A stretch of 64,000 nucleotides of DNA from Octopus vulgaris. Its lineage: Eukaryota. Positions 51,688-64,000 of the stretch are shown here, in pieces. The position numbers and the translations under genes were made by a program. Within the stretch, counting starts at the first letter, position 1. The number at the start of each line of letters is the position of its first letter. The stretch is taken from contig OX597818.1 in the NCBI GenBank assembly GCA_951406725.2, positions 4,030,001-4,094,000 on the forward strand, given 5' to 3'. Under the pieces are notes generated by a model. It was not told the origin of the DNA and made no database searches. It saw only the letters and a list, made by a program, of their open reading frames with translations.

Positions 51688-52457
51688 ATTTTATGAGTAG
51701 ATGTACATAAATATACTGCAGGTAATGAACTACAGAGATATACTGGAAATATCAAAGAAGTTGGAGATATTTTTCTCCAAAGACGATGGCCAATGTTTGG
51801 CATTGAGAACTAAACAAATCCCTCAAGTTGAAACTGTTGCTTTATACTAAATGTCCCATTATTTCTATACAGAAATAGAACCAGGTACTGTAATATAAAG
51901 TTCAAAGGACCATAGCTTTCCTTCAGCTAAAAAGGAAGTCGTTTTTGTATTGACATCCATCACCTGAGTAGTTGTGAAGATATTCAACCAACAAACAGAC
52001 ATTTTCTATGTTATATCTCAAGACAACAGTAACCTCAAACATTGTTGTTCACTAAATACCATCTCGTAAACAAAAGCTGTTGGAATATTAATGATGATGC
52101 TCCAGCATGATCCCAGGTTGAAAGTAGTAAACATATGTACATGCACATATTTATATGCAAACCTTAACACATATACATATGTATATGGGTATATATATAG
52201 AGTGCAAAGGATATTTAAGCGCAGTTATCAGTATATTACTCTCTTCAAACCAGGTAAAAGGTTTTTATTTTAATCAGATCTCTCATGGTAAGTAAAATGC
52301 TAATGAAAAGACATGCAGTCATTATTGTTATGTGTGCAGAAAACAGTGATTCAGAAATGGCCAACTGGATGCTTTTAGTGAGGTCACGATGCAAGCTGCA
52401 TGACTACAAACCCCAAGAGAAGCAGCTTCATGCAAGGAAATGAAAGGTTAAAGCATA

Positions 52458-55400
52458 ATGGTGGGCTGAAAAGTTCATAGGCTGACTATGAAGGAGTGAC
52501 ACTAGAGCTGTGAAATCTTGTAGGCATTAATTTCAACTCTTCCAATTGATAATTACATTGTTATTCTTTAGGTAAACTGTGCTGTTCAAAGAAGATTGTC
52601 ATGTGAAGGAGGGAAAACAAAGAATTGCAGTAGTTTTACCTGTCAATGTGGCAGGGTCACTCACAACGTCCACATGCTGTCTCAATCTGGAAGGTTCACT
52701 TACAACGTCCATGTGCTCTATCTGCCATTGTACGGTCTAACATATCTGCTCTCATACGCTGTCCACCGCCAACTGACTGCTCACCTCGCCTCCCCCCACA
52801 CACACACCTGCATGCCCACCACAGCCTTTCCAGTGGGACCCACAGGCCCTGCTTACAAGAGAACATGCATACTCCTTCACTTCCGGTCCTTTCCAACAAC
52901 ACAGCCTGGCTCATAACACCACATGCCCCCTTGATCTGAAGATCATTCAACCAACCTACCCACACCCTCTCCTCAACCCTGACCACATACCTTAACTTGT
53001 CTCATAATCAGCCAACCAGTAAGGAGGGCCATGCTCCTTCTGCGTCTGCCATAGGACTTCAGGACTGGCCTCAGTTCCTGGCATGTTGCTGCCGGCTTCG
53101 TCCTCTTGTCTATTACTGTTGGCTCCATCCTCCATCTCAGTGATGATCCTGCGCAGATCCAAAATATGTGGCATGACATCTACGGACACAATGTTCCTTG
53201 AATTTACAGAGGTTATTGTCCCCTTTCCCCATTGTCATGTGCACTGCGCATTTGGGGGTTTAACCCAAACTTCTTCCCCGACCTGCACAATGGCATGTCT
53301 CTTCTGCAGGTTGCAGCGATGCAGTACATAGATGTCTCCACTCATACTTGAATATTGCCTTGTGTCACACTGACTCCTCAGCCTTTCCTGACTTGAGCGA
53401 CATATAATACCAAAAAATGGCCTCGACAAGTGAGATGTGGCCCCTCTCTGCTATGGTCTTGATAGTGCGATGATACCTCACCACAACCCCATTGCCACTT
53501 GGTCAGTATGCCACCCAGAAGAGACGGCTAACATGCCATTTGTTGAGCATTTCCCCCAGTACCTCCAAGCAAAATGCAGTGCCATTGTCCACAAGCAGCT
53601 CATTCATGGGGCCTCATTCTAGGAATATCTAATTTAGTATTCTTGTGATTTCTGCAGTCCCTGTCTTCATCTCCCTCAATATGGCAACCACCCCAGTCTG
53701 CAGTCAACCATCAAGAGGTATGCCCCCTACCAGTAGTGTATCACATCCACTGCCAGTCGTTTCCAGTTGTGTTCCACTGGAATGCTTCCTACCTCATGCA
53801 TGCCCTGAGCGGAGTCAATGCTCCCAACTACTCTCTGCCTGGTCACGTCAGAGTCAAATTTCCTGGCTAGGAACAGGGTCCTATCCACCCCCATGTGATG
53901 CATGGTATGCAGTCTCCTCAGCTCTGAGTCACTCAGTTGACACACTGCAGCCACTCCTTGCTCCAGATCCTCCAGCACCTGCAATCAGGCTTTATTTACT
54001 CTGGTCAGGGCATCCGCTCTATTCCTTTCAGAGGGCACAAAAACCACACTCAGCCTCAGGTCAAACTCGGCAGCTAGCTCATCCACGATTCCCAAGCAGC
54101 ATATTATCAGCATCTCTGCACCCCTCTTTGGTTTGCACCCTCCTCTCGCCAGTGACCACTGATCCCACCCATCTAAGTACAGTGGCTGAATCAGTCCAGA
54201 TCTCGATGGTACACAGCCCCTACCTCAGGGCCAGATTCAGTCCCTTCAACATGGCATCCAGCCCAGGCATATTGATGTGGTTGCAGTCATCCTTCTTCCT
54301 GAGCCAGGCTGCATTCTCCACCACAATACCTTCAATTTCCAGAACAACTCCCATTGCTATGCTGCTGGCATCATATCACACGATACCATTCTTCAATTTG
54401 GGCACATACCAGTTTCCTCTTACTGGGTCCACTGCTGTCACTCTCTCTAAAGACTTTTTGCATCATGGCAATTGTCTTCTTGCCCACATTGTCACTCCAC
54501 CTCATTCCTCCAGCTCACCTCTTGATGAAGCTGCATGCCATCCTGCAATTGGGTAGTGTCCCAGCAGCTTCCCACACACAGAAAACAGTTCTTGCCTACT
54601 TTTCTTGGAGCCCAGTTCTGGGATTTCATTTCCTCTCCGAAACACCAATGTGCCAGCCTTGTCTCTCTGTAGCTTGAGTCCCAATGCAGCTCCTATCGCC
54701 TCCAGCAGTTTGGCAGTTAGCCCAAAACTCTTCAAGTGACTTATGGCCTCCTTTGCTGACGCTATGCTTTCATCCACCAGGATGTCATCAATATAGGAAT
54801 TGATGGCTCTTTTCACTTTGTCTGCCTTTCCCAGGATGGTTCTGAGAATCATCGCCAATCTTCAATGCTGAATTTACCTTGAATCCCAACCTGGTCAGGC
54901 AGTATGTCTGACCCTTATACCTTACAAACTGATATTTCCACAGTCATTCAACCACCTCCAAAGTTAAGCAGCCCATGTCTACAAGGGCTTGAGACACTTT
55001 TCCATTCATCATGACATTTATGACTGGCAACAACTGTATACAAGCCCCCTTGCAGTCTCTCACCATGTGTGAACCCTGACACCCTTTGAACGGTCACACA
55101 TGTTCCTTGTTTGACTCCTTCTCATTGTTGCAGTTGCTGGTAAAGGTGTCATCCTGCAACACAAGATGATGACTCTGGCCTGAGATATTACCTCTCCCAT
55201 TGCCATGGAGTGAATATTCGGCAGCTTTTGCAGTTCGACCGACCCGTGATCAGGAAATCTTGTCACAAATGCTAATGTAACTGTTTGTTCCAATGTGTCA
55301 TCCCTGTATCCCACAAATCTGGCCAATCTCCTGATTTCGTTGGCAAACACATCAACCAGTTCACTCATCCACTTCGCTTTCCCCAGTCGACTATATACCA

Positions 55401-57250
55401 TAAATGACCCTTCTGTAATAGCCTCCATCAGCCAGACCTCTTTTTTTTGTGTGTGTTTAACTGGTCCTTCTCCTTCATTTCCAGGTATAGCACCAATGCT
55501 GATCCATCGAGGTACAATGGTATGAAACTCATTAGGTCATCTATACCATGGAGTCTTGCCACCAAATTAATTTTTTGCAACCAAGTGGCAAATGTCTCCC
55601 TTGCTACAAAATGACCTAACCGTTTCATTTGAAACACAAACCACACCCATCATTTTTTGTGTTTTTTAGTGGTTTTTTTTTGAGCTGAAATAGCTTGTGA
55701 TGTGAAGGAGGAAAAAGACAGAAGCAAAGAGAGAATTGCGGTAGTCTAACTTGCCCATCTGGAAGGGTCACTCACAACGTCCACATGCTCTGTCTCGATC
55801 TAGAAGGTTCACTCACAACATCCACGTGGTCCATCAGCCGCTGTACTGTCTAACACATCTGCTCTCATACACTGTCCACTGCCAACTGACTGCTCGTGCC
55901 TCGCTGACCCTACATTCTCACCACAACTCTTCCGGTGGGACCCACAGATCCCACTTCCAACAAGACTTCTAGTCCTTCCCTACAACACAGCCTGGTTCAT
56001 AACATCACAAAGATTTCAAAACTAACTAGTAGCAACTTATCTTGAAAGTGGACAGAATTTGCCACCATTGTGTTATCAAATACCTGCAGAAAAAGGGTTT
56101 AGCCTTTCCTCCCTCACCAAGGACATTCATGCTGACATGGTCACTACATTAGAGGATGATGTTTCAGCTTCATCAACAGTGCAAAAGAAGGCAGCTGAAT
56201 TTAGGAAGGGAAGGGAAAGTTTTGAAGATGACCCAAGGTCTGGATGTCCTGCAACTGCCACCATTGTGGTGATGGATGGCAGGCAATTGACTAGAAATCA
56301 AACAGCCAATGCTATTGGTACATCCCACGAGAGAGTTGAGAATATTCTGCACAATGAAGTTGTTTCTACTTAGTGGGTGCCACATCTTCTGACACCTGAT
56401 CAAAAGCACACCAAGCTCATCACATTACAGGAAAATCTTATATTGTTTGAACCAGATCCAGCTGGTTTCCTTGAATGTTTCCTAAGCCAGGATGAGTGTC
56501 AGGTTCATCACTTTGAGCTAGAGACAATCCATGCAATGGAAATGCCTCTCTTCACCTGCTCCAAAGAAGGCCAAAGTCGTTTCATCTGCAGGGAAGGTGA
56601 TAGCCTCATTTTTTGGGGGATGCAAAAGGCATTGTGTTTATTGAATATCTTCAAAAGGGCTACACCATCAATGGAGAGGCCTATGCCAAGTTGCTGAGGC
56701 AATTATGAAAAGCTATCAAGGCCAAATGCCCAGGAAAACTGTTGAAAGGGGTCTTGTTTCATCAGGACAATGCTCCAGTACACAAGTCCTAGCTTTCAAT
56801 GGTTGCTGTGCCTGACTGTGGTTTTGAACTGGTTGATTACACTCCTTATTCTCTTGATTTGGTCTCATCTGACTATCATCTGTTCCCCAACATGAAAAAA
56901 CACTTGGCTGGGAACATGTATAATTATGTCATTTCTACTGCTGATGACAGTTTTGACCAATAGGATGAAAGTTTCTTTATCAAAGGTATCTAAGCACAGC
57001 AACACCAGTGGAAGAAGTGTGTGGACCACAAGGATGGGGGGTGTATTGAAAAATAAACCTCATTTGTCGCATTCCATGCGAGTATCATGTTACTAGTTAC
57101 TTGTGAAGTCTTCTTTGAACAGTCAGATGTCAGTTTAGCTGGAAAGAAACAATGCAGTTATTAATAAGAAAACCTGAAATTAATGCATGCAAGATTTCAC
57201 AGCTCTAGCTTCACTCCTTTTTGGTCAGCCTATGAACTTTTCAGCCCTTT
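52458..57250 (+). mobile_element. Mariner element with long TIRs, interrupted by an LTR element
   Basis: GGGCTGAAAAGTTCATAGGCTGA ... TCAGCCTATGAACTTTTCAGCCC; transposase remnants 56048-57060 (EDDPRSG, WVPHLL, QDE, HQDNAP, HSPYSLDL). Confidence 0.9.
52597..56009 (-). mobile_element. Ty3/gypsy-like LTR retrotransposon, decayed; LTRs 52597-52923 and 55696-56009
   Basis: TG...CA LTRs, 5-bp TSD AAGAT, PPT at ~52924-52933, gag remnant (IPLYLDGSA), RT SYIDDILV, then RNase H and integrase remnants. Confidence 0.9.
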
Positions 57251-57784
57251 GCTCCACATTACCATCATTATCATTGATTCAAAATTCACCTTACCACACA
57301 GAATTTTGCTGAGGCAGATTTTCTATGATCAGGTGCTCTTTCTGTTGCCAAGCCTCATGTTTCTAGACAAGGTAAATATTTCACAGCTGATTGGAAATAA
57401 ACACTAGTTGCATGATGAAGATATTCATTTACAACTATCATGTGATGTCAAGGTAAGGACACAGTAACACACACAATGAGCTTCTTTCAGTTTCTGTCTA
57501 CCAAATCCATTCACAAAGCTTTGGTCAGCCTAGTGTTATGGTAAAAGACGTTTGTCCAATGTAGCCACATAATGGGATTGAAGCTAAAACCATGTTGTTG
57601 GGAAGTAAACCTTTAGCAGCCTATGTACCTGCCCCATAACACATATATCTTTTACTTTTTATCTTTCATGTTTCAGTCATTACACTGCTGACATGCTGGA
57701 TACCATCTTGAAGAGTTGTTTTTTAGTGGAACAAATTGACCTTGTACTTATTCATAATCCTGGTACTTATTCTATATATATATA

Positions 57785-58275
57785 TCATCATTGTTATTTA
57801 ACATCTGCTTTCTGTGCTGGCATGAGTTAGATGGTTTAATTGAGAGCTAGCAGGCCAGGAGGCTGCACCAGGCTCCAGTCTGATTTGGCAAGATTTCTAC
57901 AGCTGGATGCACTTCCTATCACCAACCACTCCAACAGTGTAGTGGGTGCTTTTTACATGCCACCAGCTTGGGAGCCAGTCAGGCAGCACTGGCATCGGCC
58001 ATGCTCAAATGGTGCTTTTCATGTTCTGCTGGCACGGGTGCCAGTCAGGTGGCAGTGGCATCAGTCAGGCTTGAATGGTGCTTTTTACATGCCACTGGTA
58101 TCAGCCATGCTCGAATGGTGCTTCTTACGTGCCACAAGCACAGCTGCAAGTTAGCTGTCACTGGCATTGGCCATGACTACAATTTCACTTGGTTTAACAG
58201 GTCTTCACAAGCACGGCATATCAGCCAACAATTGAAGGGTGCTTTTAAATGGGCCAGTTATGTGACACTGGTATC
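57785..58275 (-). mobile_element. RTE 3' UTR copy, reverse orientation, several modules
   Basis: Repeated GGTGCTTTTTACATGCCAC units and CTACAGCTGGATGC core. Confidence 0.85.
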
Positions 58276-58548
58276 AGCCGACGGGCTTCTTTCACTTTCC
58301 ATTTACCAAATTTACTCACAAGGTTTCGGCTGGTCTGAGGCTATAGTAGACAACATTTACCCAAGGTGCCACCCAGTGGGACTAACCCCAGACCCCAGAA
58401 CTATGTGGTTGGAAATCAAATTGCTTATTGCACACACACACATATATATATACACATGTAAGTATATAAGTAGGTAGGTAATTGTGTAGAAGTGCCTTTG
58501 CAGTTCCAAACAGGAGAAAAATGTTCTTGAACAACAATTTGACAGGTT

Positions 58549-58869
58549 AACTGTAAGGTTAGGAATGTAGTATATAGCTTACAATGTACTGAGGGACTGT
58601 GAAGAAACATGACAACTACCTACATAGGAGAGCATATAGGTGAATATTGGCGAGAGCTCAAAGACGGGTAAAGCTCATCAGTGCTCCACCAACATGCACA
58701 GGAAGAACATGGAGGCTTGATTAATAGCGTAGAGGTTAAAGTACTATCAACACATAGAACTGAAACAACACTTAGACAGATTACCAAAACCACACACATA
58801 ACAGTAGATAGACCAAACCTCAAGAGAAAATATAAATGGAACAATAACACCCACCACCACACCACATGA
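58549..58869 (+). mobile_element. Penelope-like GIY-YIG endonuclease remnant
   Basis: CKVRNVVYSLQC...YIGE...SVLHQHAQEEH...RPNLKRK. Confidence 0.65.
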
Positions 58870-59394
58870 CTAAAGATAGTAGGGATGTGAAGAGAGAGGG
58901 AAAGGGAAAAAAACTTCAAATAATACACATACATACAGAGTATGTACACACAATAGACATATATGCACTTACCTGTGATACTTATGAGAAACGGAGATAG
59001 ATGTATATTTTTAAAAATAAGTAAATGAAAATATTTCTGCCACAAGCCTGTGATAAATGTTAGACAGATATAGATATAAATAAATAAAACTATATAAAGG
59101 GCATGGATACATACGAAGCAAACCTATACACACACATGAAACCTCATGGACAGCCATATGATGTCAACAACACAATTAACATGATCAGCAGCAGCAGTGC
59201 CAATGAGGGCAATAACAACAACTACCATAATAGCAACACCATGGACAAACACACATATACAGAGGAACACAGGAACTGTACGTTTCTTTTTTTTCCTTTT
59301 CTTGGGTCTTAGGACAGCAGCAGCACAATGGGGTGAGAGGCTGGGACTGAGGGGAAGGCCACACTACTGCTAAAAACTATACATGCACACACAC

Positions 59395-59700
59395 AAATGC
59401 AGTGTAATTTGAACTCATAACATAGCGACATGAAATATTGCTAAGCATTTTGCCTGGCATGCTAACAATTCTGCCAGCTTGCCACTTTATAATAATAATA
59501 ATGGTTACAAACTTTGCCACAAGGGCAGCAATTTTGGGAGAGGGGCTGAGTCAATTCCAGTGTTCAGCTGGTATTTATTCTATCGACCCCAAAAGGTAAA
59601 CTCGACCATGGCAGAATTTGAACTCAGAATGTAGTGACAGGTGAAATACCACTTAACATTTCCTCTTGCAGTCTAACGATTCTGCCAGCTTACTTGCCTT
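59395..59700 (-). mobile_element. Two family-B SINE fragments
   Basis: GCAGAATTTGAACTCAGA and GCTAACGATTCTGCCAGCT; related copies at ~48140-48470 and 61240-61405. Confidence 0.75.
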
Positions 59701-59714
59701 TATAATAATAATAA

Positions 59715-60918
59715 CTTTTGGACTTTTACAACTGGCAATAACAATGAAGATTGCTACAATTGGCCTAGACACCTACCTGAAAAACTCTGAGGACTGGATG
59801 TTAAAACTTGTCTCAAAACATGAAAACAAGAAAGCATCATACTCAGTAACAAAACAGGCAAAGGAATATCTAAGTGAATTCCGAATACAACAAATTTCGG
59901 AATTAGACATACAAGAAACAAGCACAGAAAAAGCTAAGCGCATGAAAACCCATGCTAAAACTGCTGCCTTAGATATTCTGAATGATAAATGGCAAATACC
60001 CAAAGAGAGTGAATAATGCAGATGTTGACAAAGCCCTGACCCATCAATGGCTAATGGCCTCTGGCTTAAAATCTGAAACAGAAGGGTTTATCATAGCAGC
60101 TCAAGATCAATGCCTACCTACAAGGAACTACCAGGCCACCAACATGTCGTGTATGTCAACAACAAAATGAAATCATTGATCATGTCTCCAAGTGCAGTCT
60201 TCTTGCGCCTACAGAGTATCTCAACAGGCATGATAGAGCTGCACAATATATTCACTGGGTAATTTGCAAAAGCCTGGACTTGCCCCATGATAAAAACTGG
60301 TGGAACACAAACCGCCTCCGGTGCTTGAAAATGACCACATCTCACTCCTCTGGAACTTCACCATTCAAACTGACAGAACGATAGACACGAATAGGCCAGA
60401 CATCATAGTAAAAGACTTCAGACAAAAAAAAACATGCCTCCTCATTGATATGACTGTCCCAGTTGATATAAATGTATGTCAAGACCTACCAGAAACTGAG
60501 CAAATATAAAGATCTTGAAATAGAAATGAGCAAAATGTAGAACCTGAAGACTAAAACAATACCTGTTGTCATAGGTGCCTTGGGAATGACAGCAAAAAGG
60601 GCTAATGGCTACCTAACTCAGATACCAGGAAACCCCAAAATGGCAGAAATTCAAAAGATAGTGTTCATGGGAACTGCTCATATCCTACGCAAAATACTTT
60701 CTATGTAATCTCAAGTTTTAAAACAAACAATTTTCGTATGGTTTTTTAGGCATTCACTAGTACAACACTAACTACAAAACCAAATATATGGCACCCTAGG
60801 CATAACACCAACATGAACTTCCAACTTGTTATCTCTTGAGGTCTCTGGGTGAGACTTGGAGCCAGCTTGTGCAAATGTAAAGCAAAAGTCAAATATAGAA
60901 TAATAATAATAATAATAA
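59715..60918 (+). mobile_element. 5'-truncated R4/Dong-type LINE (CCHC finger + restriction-like endonuclease)
   Basis: KSETEGFIIAAQDQ, CRVC...IDH...C, RHDRAAQYIHW, NRPDI, LIDMTVP, KYKDL and PVVIGALG; flanked by (TAA)n on both sides. Confidence 0.9.
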
Positions 60919-62439
60919 TCCTTTTATGGAGGTAGGATGAATGACTAGAAGGAAGAGGGAGTGATATCATGAAGGGACCGGAAGGTGAGATAACATCAGG
61001 TCAGCGAGCAACAGGTTGAAGATGACCACTTTATTTCGGGATCAGTGGCAAGGCATGTCGTGTGCTGCTAGCGGTCATGGTGTAGTAATGCTTGCTGGTG
61101 AGGAATCGGCAGAGTTGACACATGATTACAACTGTAAGATTTGGCTGGTTTTCCCGTGATCTGACATTTGGAGTTATTGTTGCCAATTGCAACTCGAGGT
61201 AAGAGCAACTTTATTTTGTACCTTTAAACTACACCTTTCTACTGAAGGAACAAGGCCTCAGATTTTCGGGGAAGGGGACTAGTCGATTGCATCGACCCCA
61301 GTGTTTCTCTGGTACTTAATTTATCAACTTCGAAAGGATGAGTGGCAAAGTTGATCTCGGCAGAATCTGAACTCTGAATGTAAAGACAGGCGAAATGCTG
61401 CGGGTGTGTTTAGTTTAATGGCCTATGTATACAGAGTTCCTTTGCCCTAGGTGTCGAGAAGACACTGATTCAAAAACAAAATATACAATAATACTATTAT
61501 TTTCAACGCACGAAACCGCCGTATTAATGTGTTTAAAGAAGTAACCCAACTGGGCTTAATTGTCTCAACAGACTCCCTTCCCTATACGTTAACACGAGAC
61601 ATTGCACCTCAACGTTATCTTAAGAGGAATTTATTTAAAATTTAACCCGTATTACTTTCCCATTTTTGTAAATCCCTAATCTTATCTGTAATTGTGAGCA
61701 TTTGATATTTCCGTTTTGTTTTCCTTTATAGTTTCGGGTTTATTTTCTTTCTCTAGAACATCCATGAGTTAAGGTAACAAACTTCATTTTCTTTTACTTA
61801 GCTGTCAATGTACTCTCTCTTGGAACTGGACAGGGAAGTTAAGTTTCTCGCTTCTGTGAAAAGTGAATAATCAATACTTAATACAGGTAATTATTGAGGC
61901 AAATTATTCTTTTTCTTCTATTAAACTGCAAAATCTTCAAGAATATTAATATCTGACGTGATCGAATATCTGGCATGATCGAACCGTCTTTTTTTCCGCC
62001 AGGCATACTCGTTGTTTGTTTATCACTGGAACAAATTACGGTGGTTAACGTAAATACTTTATTGTCGTATTTACATCAGCCTGCGAAATTGATTTAAAAA
62101 TTAATATTTTAAAACATTTTATTGCCACAGTTATTACTATTAGGCGTGTAGAATATTTCGACCAGCTTTTGCAATGTGTCAATATGTTTATTTAGCTTCA
62201 TATTTGTTAATTTAATTGTGACCTCGTTCAGAGGATTGGGTGTCGTAAGGCAACAAGTCCAACTTTCGATATCGCAATTATCGTTTCCACCTCCAGGACG
62301 AAGAAATTTCAATGAGAAGTATTTTCAATGAGAAGAGAAAGAAATACACAATGTATTAAAAATATTACACTTAGTCTATTGTCCATGTTAAATTTTTACA
62401 AATCGGAATCTAGTTAATAATTTCATAACGTAAGAAACA

Positions 62440-62945
62440 GCGCATAACTTCCGTAAGTTATGTGACTTGCCGGAAGCATTAGCTTCGGGCTGTGGAATAA
62501 TTAAGAACTTCTTTTGGTAATAATCATTGTAATAAAATTAAGTACTTGGTTAGAAAGATAATTTTAACTATCATTTTCATTTGTCTATGAATTATGCCGA
62601 TAATGATACAGACATCCTATTAATGGTTTAAAGAAAGTTACTAATTAGACTGAGATTAGTAGATCTATTAGTGATTTAGAGAGAGGGATATGACTGGAGA
62701 GAGATAGAGAGAGAGACTAGAAGATCATTAAATAGTGAGCGATAGATAGAGAGAAGGGGAGGGAAAAAGATATGATATAAGTGTGAGAAGGGGAGAGAAA
62801 CTATAAGTGAGAGAAGGAGAGAGAAAGAGAAGCTATAAGTGAGAGAAGGGGGGAGTAAATGTTGTATTAGTGCGGTAAAGAGAGCGAGAAGGAGAGATTG
62901 GTTTTTTTTTTCCTCCCACCCCAAGAGTAACCGCCATTTTTGCTG
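62440..62945. promoter_or_regulatory. Promoter-like region upstream of CRK (ETS motifs, GA-rich tract, YY1 motif)
   Basis: ACTTCCG and CCGGAAG at 62447-62476, GA-rich 62680-62850, CCGCCATTTT at 62931-62940; CpGs visibly more frequent than in the introns. Confidence 0.45.
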
Positions 62946-63130
62946 AAAGCTGGACCCTTATGCTGCTATACTCTACAATAATAGTTGAGTATACTAAAGT
63001 ATTCGACGTTTCTGCTGCTGCCACTCTTATTAAAGGAGGGCACAACTACTTAAAATTCTATTCAAAACAGAACATCTTCTATATTAAAATTCTTTAAAGT
63101 TAACAGTTATTGTTACTTAAAGACTAATTC

Positions 63131-63165
63131 ATGGCTGGAGCCTTTGACCCAGAAGACAAGAACAG
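63131..63165 (+). CDS. CRK: Probable first coding exon of adaptor protein Crk (MAGAFDPEDKN-S...)
   Basis: ATGGCTGGAGCCTTTGACCCAGAAGACAAGAACAG|gtagg; resembles Crk N-termini (MAGNFDSEERSSWY, MDTFDVSDRNSWY) just before the SH2 WY; lies downstream of a CpG-retaining, promoter-like region. Only 11 codons are visible. Confidence 0.7.
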
Positions 63166-64000
63166 GTAGGTTGTAAGAGAATGAAGTTATTGTTGGACAA
63201 CCTAAGAATATTTTTCTTTAACTGTTGATGATTTTAGTTGTCAATCAGCCACCATTCTATATATATGTATATGTATATACACATACATATTTTACCATCC
63301 GTTTATGATAAAACTTCCATTAGGAATAACTTGTTGGAACTTTTATTGACAACTTCTCAAAATACTCCTGAAAAACTATTTTCGTCTTGTCACACTTGCC
63401 ATAACACGATCATTTATTTTCCCATCTATTTAATGTGTTTTATTAATAACTTTTGTTGCTGTTCTCGTGAAAATGTTTCGTGTTTCTATTGTAAATGTTT
63501 ATTCTTTTTCCGTTTACATACTTAATTTTGTTTCGTATATATAAATAAATGCCCACAATTTTGACATATACTTGGACATAAGAACTAGTCTGACACTTCT
63601 TGAGTAAACTGACTTCGTTTATGTATTAAAGAAATGTTTAGTTATTGGAGGAGGGGCATTTGTAGATCAATGTCTGGTGAGACTTGTGTGGAGGAATGTA
63701 CGGTGTGTTGAACGTTAAAATCTGGGGAATTATGAGAGGTGTGTGGACTGGGGGAATGGTCAAGTGGTTTTCAAGAGGTATTGTCATTGTAGAAGATGTT
63801 AAGAGAAGAAATGTCCGTGAATTTATGAATGAATGTTTGCAAACCATGTTAGTTTTTATTTGCATGTTTGTGTATATGTGATAGCTATATGGGAATTACT
63901 ACTGAATCTACTGAGCTTTTAAAGCGGGTTTAAGTTGTCCCTGAAGAAAAGAAGGCTCACCTTCTTTTGTTGAAAATGTAGCAATGTGGAGGGCTGTACC

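Noticed and set aside
51900-52080. SGDGCQYKN motif suggesting a DNA transposase remnant
   Set aside because: A single degenerate motif with stops nearby; too weak to call.
53645-54556. 303-aa + strand ORF
   Set aside because: Antisense shadow of the decayed gypsy pol; no recognisable motifs.
61020-61204. Donor GAG|GTAAGA as an upstream CRK exon
   Set aside because: No matching acceptor or transcript evidence; an isolated donor match is expected by chance.
62443-62462. loxP-like palindrome CATAACTT-CCGT-AAGTTATG
   Set aside because: Lacks the 13-bp arms and 8-bp spacer; more likely overlapping ETS-type promoter motifs or chance.

Overview
AT-rich, repeat-dense animal genomic DNA with spliceosomal introns and a 100-N gap at 33232-33331. 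The SINE/RTE families and long (TA/TACA)n tracts suggest an octopus (inference). Host genes: the first five coding exons of SNRNP70 (U1-70K) on the minus strand (29152 to 3128, continuing off the left edge) and a probable first coding exon of the adaptor CRK at 63131 (+). A candidate unannotated spliced + strand transcript overlaps the SNRNP70 5' end. The rest is mobile DNA: an apparently intact two-ORF CR1-group LINE, a near full-length RTE LINE with many 3' fragments, an R4/Dong-type LINE, Penelope remnants, a gypsy element nested in a mariner, nested piggyBac elements, a Tigger, palindromic MITEs and tRNA-derived SINEs. Most interesting: (1) a PHD finger embedded in the RTE reverse transcriptase; (2) the intact LINE, with a Myb/SANT + CCCH ORF1, an ORF2 lacking a usable AUG and a candidate -1 slippery site, and a 3' tail shared with local SINEs; (3) a palindrome built from two inverted tRNA-like heads; (4) the antisense transcript candidate. 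All calls were made by eye and no database searches were run.
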